The translations under genes were made by a program, and so were the position numbers. DNA of 64,000 nucleotides from Thermoplasmata archaeon (GTDB lineage: Archaea > Thermoplasmatota > Thermoplasmata > Lutacidiplasmatales > UBA184), in assembly GCA_021798195.1 (NCBI GenBank), contig JAJZYH010000001.1, positions 80,390-144,389 on the forward strand, given 5' to 3'. Within the stretch, counting starts at the first letter, position 1. Each line of letters starts with the position of its first letter. Below, piece by piece: positions 60,115 through 64,000 of this stretch. A model generated the notes under the pieces. The model did not search any database and was not told the origin of the DNA. It worked only from the letters and a program-made list of their open reading frames with translations.

Positions 60115-63100
60115 ATGAGAGGCCCCCCCCTGGAGAGCGCCGTGGAAGAGACCTCCCGCACCCGTACCTCCTCCTCTCCCGGACCACGCTCCGCGGCCGT
60201 CCCAGCACCCAACCCCTACGCCCCGTTCCTGGCCATGGAGCAACGCGTACGGGAGTTCTGGGCCCGGGAGAACGTCCCCGAGCGGGCGCTGGCCCTGCAT
60301 CCCACGGGGCCTCCCTTCCGATTCACGGAGGGCCCCCCCACGGCCAACGGCCGTCCCCATGTGGGCCACCTCATGGCGCGGTCCCTGAAGGACATGGTCC
60401 TGCGGTTCCGGCGGATGAATGGGTACCGGGTGGTGACCCCCATGGCCGGGTGGGATTGCCATGGCCTTCCCGTGGAGATCGAGGTGGAGAAGAGCCATGG
60501 CTGGCGCTCCAAGAAGCAGATCCTGGAGTACGGTCTCGCGAAGTTCGCGGCGGACTGCCGGACCAACGTCCTCACGTACGAAGCCATCTGGCGGGAGCTC
60601 TCCTCCCGGATGGCCTACTGGCTGGACTATTCCCATGCGTACTTTACCATGAGCCCCGAGTACATCGAGAGCGTCTGGTGGTCGCTCAAGGAGCTCCATG
60701 GGAAGTCCCTTCTGGAGAAGGGGCTCTATGTGGTCCCGTACTGCCCCCGGTGCGAGACACCGGAGGCGAGCCATGAGGTCGCCCAGGGGTACCGGGAGAC
60801 CACCGATCCGTCGGTGACCGTCCGCCTGCGGCGCACCGACGGCCCTCCGGATGGCCCGCCCACCTACCTTCTCGCCTGGACCACGACCCCGTGGACCCTC
60901 CCGGCCAACCTGGCCCTGGCCGTGGGCCCCGCCATGGACTACGTGGTGTTCCCAGGGACCTCCGGGGAGCGCTACGTCATGGCGGCCCCGGCATTTTCCC
61001 GGTACTTTCCCGAGCCGGGCACGGCTCCTCCCATCCAGGAGCACCTCACCGGGGCGGATCTCGTGGGATGGCGCTACGAGCCCCCTTTCCCCGGCGTGAC
61101 GCCGGGAGGACCGGCCCGGCACCGGGTGTATGCGGCGGACTGGGTCTCCACGGAGGAGGGGACCGGGATCGTGCACGTGGCCCCCTCCTTCGGTGTGGAC
61201 GACCATGCCCTGGGGCAGGCGGTGGGCCTGGGCGCGTTCGACCCGCTGGACGCCTCCGGCCACTTCACCTCGGCGGTCCCCCTGGTGGCCGGGCTCTCCT
61301 TCAAGGCCGCCGATGCGAAGCTCCTCGAGGACCTCTCGGCCCGGGGCCTTGTCCATTCCCAGGGGACGTACCGCCACACCTACCCCTTCTGCTGGCGGTG
61401 CGGGAGCCCTCTCATGTACCGTGCGGTGGAGACGTGGTTCATCCGCATCCACAAGCTCCGGGCGGAACTCGTGGCCCACAACGCCGCGGTGAACTGGATC
61501 CCGGCCCACCTGCGGGAGGGCCGGTTCGGGAACTTCCTCTCCGAGGCCAAGGATTGGGCGCTGAGCCGGAACCGCTACTGGGGGACCCCTCTGCCCTTCT
61601 GGGAGTGCCCCCGGGGCCACTGGGTCGCCGTGGGAAGCTTCGCGGAACTCCGCGCCCTCTCCCCCACGCCGCTCCCCGAGCCCTTCGATCCCCATCGCCC
61701 GTGGGTCGACGAGATCCCCGTGGAATGCCCGGAGCACCACGTGCGGATGACCCGGGAACCGTACGTCATCGACGTGTGGTACGACAGCGGATCGGCCCCC
61801 TTCGCGCAGTACCACTACCCGTTCGCCCAGGATTCTCCCTTCGATCCCGCGGTGCCCCTCGACTTCGTGGCCGAGGGACTGGACCAGACCCGGGGATGGT
61901 TCTACACCCTCCACGTGCTGGCCACCCTCCTCTTCCACCGCCCCGCCTACCGGACCGCCCTGGTGAACGGGATGGCCCTCGACGAGGGGGGCCTCAAGAT
62001 GTCCAAGTCCAAGCGGAATGTGGTGGAACCGCTGGAGCTCATGGACCGGATGGGGGCCGACGCCCCCCGCCTCGCCATCTACCTGGGGTCCTACACCGAA
62101 TCCACCCGGTTCTCCGAGACCTCCATCCGGCTCAGCGGGGGGAAGCTCCTCACCACCCTCCTCAACGTGGTGGAGTTCTATCGCTCCAATGCGGCGCTCG
62201 ACGGGGTCCGCGGGTCGGAGAATGCCCCGGACCCCTCCTCGCCCCTGGACCGGTGGCTCCTCTCCCGGCTGGAACGGTTGGGCGAGGTGCTGGGAAGCGC
62301 CTACGACGCCTCGGATGCCCACACCGCCGCCCAGGAGATCCAGGGGTTCCTGGAGGAACTCTCCACATGGTACCTCCGCCGCTCCCGGCCCCGGTTCTGG
62401 TCGGAGACCAGTCCCGAGGACAAGAGGCAGGCCTACGCCACCCTCTCCTACGTCCTGATCGCGGTCTCCCGCTTCCTGGCCCCCCTGGCGCCCCACGCCG
62501 CGGAGCACGTCCACCAGGTGGTCCGGGGAGACGACTTCCGCTCCGGCGCCCCCAGCGTCCACCTGGAGGCGTGGCCCCGGGTGGTGGGGCACCGGGACAC
62601 GGCGCTCGAGGGCGCCATGGCGCGGCTCCTCACGGTGGTGGAGGGAGTGCGCGACCTCCGGATGAAGGCGGGGGTCCGGTCCCGGATCCCCCTGCCGGAG
62701 CTCGTGATCGGAGGCTTCACGCCGGAGGAGCGCCGGGCCCTCGGCGCCGCATGGCCGGGGCTCCTCCAGGAGGAGGCCAATGTGAAGAAGGTCACGGAGC
62801 TCACCCTGGAGGAGTTCGCGGTGCGCCCGTTCCCGGAGGCGGACTGGGTGGTCCGGGCCCAGGAGGCCCGCCTTCCCATCGCTCTGTCCCGGAACCCGGG
62901 ACGTGAACTCTGGCTGGAGGGACTCTCTCGGGAGATCATCCGACGGATCCAGATGGCCCGCAAGGAGTCCGGGATGGAGTACGGGGACCGGGTCCGGGTG
63001 GAGCTCTGGGGAGGGGTGAACCTCCGCGCAGCGGCTCGAGCCCATGGGACCGTGGTGGCGGAGGCGGTCCTCGCCGCGGAGATCCGGTGGCCGGAGGAGG

Positions 63101-63192
63101 AGTCCCCTCCGCCGGGCCCCGGCGTCCACCGGTGGGACGACGTGGAGGGCGAGACCCTCGTGGTGCGCCTCGAGAAGGCGCGGGAACCCTGA
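60115..63192 (+). CDS. ileS: isoleucyl-tRNA synthetase
   Basis: PPTANGRPHVGHLMARSLKD (HIGH region), WDCHGLPVE, KMSKSKRNVV, plus the editing and anticodon-binding regions. The start is uncertain: ATG 60115, GTG 60142 or ATG 60235. TATA-like AGTATATGG lies at 60094-60102. Confidence 0.9.
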   Translation: MRGPPLESAVEETSRTRTSSSPGPRSAAVPAPNPYAPFLAMEQRVREFWARENVPERALALHPTGPPFRFTEGPPTANGRPHVGHLMARSLKDMVLRFRRMNGYRVVTPMAGWDCHGLPVEIEVEKSHGWRSKKQILEYGLAKFAADCRTNVLTYEAIWRELSSRMAYWLDYSHAYFTMSPEYIESVWWSLKELHGKSLLEKGLYVVPYCPRCETPEASHEVAQGYRETTDPSVTVRLRRTDGPPDGPPTYLLAWTTTPWTLPANLALAVGPAMDYVVFPGTSGERYVMAAPAFSRYFPEPGTAPPIQEHLTGADLVGWRYEPPFPGVTPGGPARHRVYAADWVSTEEGTGIVHVAPSFGVDDHALGQAVGLGAFDPLDASGHFTSAVPLVAGLSFKAADAKLLEDLSARGLVHSQGTYRHTYPFCWRCGSPLMYRAVETWFIRIHKLRAELVAHNAAVNWIPAHLREGRFGNFLSEAKDWALSRNRYWGTPLPFWECPRGHWVAVGSFAELRALSPTPLPEPFDPHRPWVDEIPVECPEHHVRMTREPYVIDVWYDSGSAPFAQYHYPFAQDSPFDPAVPLDFVAEGLDQTRGWFYTLHVLATLLFHRPAYRTALVNGMALDEGGLKMSKSKRNVVEPLELMDRMGADAPRLAIYLGSYTESTRFSETSIRLSGGKLLTTLLNVVEFYRSNAALDGVRGSENAPDPSSPLDRWLLSRLERLGEVLGSAYDASDAHTAAQEIQGFLEELSTWYLRRSRPRFWSETSPEDKRQAYATLSYVLIAVSRFLAPLAPHAAEHVHQVVRGDDFRSGAPSVHLEAWPRVVGHRDTALEGAMARLLTVVEGVRDLRMKAGVRSRIPLPELVIGGFTPEERRALGAAWPGLLQEEANVKKVTELTLEEFAVRPFPEADWVVRAQEARLPIALSRNPGRELWLEGLSREIIRRIQMARKESGMEYGDRVRVELWGGVNLRAAARAHGTVVAEAVLAAEIRWPEEESPPPGPGVHRWDDVEGETLVVRLEKAREP

Positions 63193-63216
63193 CCCCGTTC
63201 CCCGCCGGGAAACCCC

Positions 63217-63846
63217 CTATTCTGGGCCCAGCACACGGATCACGTCGCCCCGGGGCTCCCGCTCCCCGAACACCTCGGACCGGAACCTCTGGAACCGGAC
63301 CTCCCCCCGACGCCACGCGTCGGCCGGGAGCCCCGCCTTCTCGCAGGTCCCCGAGAGGAATGCGGGCACATCCCATCCCAGCTCCACGGGCACCTGGGGC
63401 AGGAGGAGCCCCTGGGCGGACCCCGCCGTGGCGATGAGGCCGTCCCGGCCCACCACCACTTCCCGGAGGAGGTCCGTGGGGGAGGAGGCCGGGATGGGCT
63501 CCGGGGGAGTGAGGATGGAGACCTCCACCGTGATGTGAGGAAGTTCCTCCGGGGCGACGGGCGGGAACCGGGGGTCCTCCCGGGCGGCATGGATCGCCGC
63601 GAGGGGGATCCCCCGCGCGAGAGGGTAGAGAGGCAGCGGGAACCCGATGCATCCCCGGAGCTCCCCATGCGGCGGGGCGGTCTTCAGGGTGACGAAGACC
63701 CCGCGTTTCTCGCCGAAGATCGAAGGGAGAGGGGAGGGATGCCCCGGCGGGGGTGGACTCCCCTTTCCCCGGGGGCGAGATAGGGTCTCCTCGAGAGTCG
63801 ACCGGGCGAGCCGGACGGCCCTCTCCCCTTCGGTGGGCGTGACCAT
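63217..63846 (-). CDS. AMMECR1 domain protein
   Basis: KRGVFVTLKT...GELRGCIGFPLPLYPL...AIHAAREDPRFPPV...ITVEVSILTPPE...GRDGLI...GLLLPQV. The start is set at MVTPTEGE. Confidence 0.8.
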   Translation of the reverse strand: MVTPTEGERAVRLARSTLEETLSRPRGKGSPPPPGHPSPLPSIFGEKRGVFVTLKTAPPHGELRGCIGFPLPLYPLARGIPLAAIHAAREDPRFPPVAPEELPHITVEVSILTPPEPIPASSPTDLLREVVVGRDGLIATAGSAQGLLLPQVPVELGWDVPAFLSGTCEKAGLPADAWRRGEVRFQRFRSEVFGEREPRGDVIRVLGPE

Positions 63847-64000
63847 GGCGGAGAGGGAACGTCCGGGGGGAAGAAAAACTTTGGAAGGATCCAAGGGTCC
63901 CTGAGGAGGGGGGCCCGGGTGCCTTCCTCCGATTCGGGGAGGGACGGCCGGACCCTTCCCATGCCCTTCACCCGTCCGGCGCCCCGGGTGGGATCGAAGG

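Noticed and set aside
60040-63129. 1029-aa minus-strand ORF opposite ileS
   Set aside because: It is antisense to ileS, which has HIGH and KMSKS motifs, and it contains no motifs itself.
1-64000. CRISPR arrays, rRNA genes, intact IS elements or an integrase
   Set aside because: I saw no regularly spaced direct repeats, no rRNA-like sequence, and no complete transposase or integrase ORF while reading the window. Only the degraded IS630-like fragment was found.

Overview
No database search or computation was run. All calls come from reading the supplied ORF translations and the DNA by eye. The window is a very GC-rich stretch of an archaeal chromosome, probably from an uncultured lineage. Several observations support an archaeal origin. 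One is an intron-containing tRNA-Tyr with a C1-G72 pair. Others are FlaI/FlaJ-type filament genes with a class III signal-peptide pilin, and three HTH_10 (bacterio-opsin-activator-type) regulators. Pcc1-like and AMMECR1 genes are present, and isolated AT-rich TATA-like boxes sit about 25-45 nt upstream of many start codons. Gene content from left to right: (1) a type IV filament locus with two FlaI-family ATPases and a two-gene FlaJ platform; (2) ACT-domain and TyrA genes plus tRNA-Gly; (3) merA, divergent from a thioredoxin-like gene and three small membrane proteins that carry vicinal Cys-Cys pairs inside predicted TM helices, which I consider the best candidate for an undescribed system (archaeal Hg(II) uptake or handling); (4) DUF1801 and an FMN 2-hydroxyacid oxidase; (5) tRNA-Tyr and tRNA-Lys, followed by a decayed island (RelE-type TA pair, frameshifted ankyrin gene, IS630-like remnant, broken cobT, membrane protein, HxlR) that ends at a near-copy of tRNA-Lys carrying a CGU anticodon; (6) a ferredoxin and a hemerythrin/NnrS-like/DUF2249/Fe-S-carrier cluster bracketed by HTH_10 regulators; (7) an FNR-like reductase and a large surface glycoprotein; (8) heme-oxygenase-like, acyl-CoA ligase and AidB-like dehydrogenase genes, then a U32-family gene divergent from a stand-alone chorismate mutase; (9) a complete alpha-glucan/trehalose supercluster (mak, treS, glgE / glgB, treZ, GH57, treY); (10) housekeeping genes (DUF1028, Pcc1-like, CPBP protease, CoA-binding protein, ileS, AMMECR1). 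Many very long ORFs in the track are antisense or off-frame artefacts of the high GC content and are rejected. No CRISPR array, rRNA gene or intact mobile element was seen.
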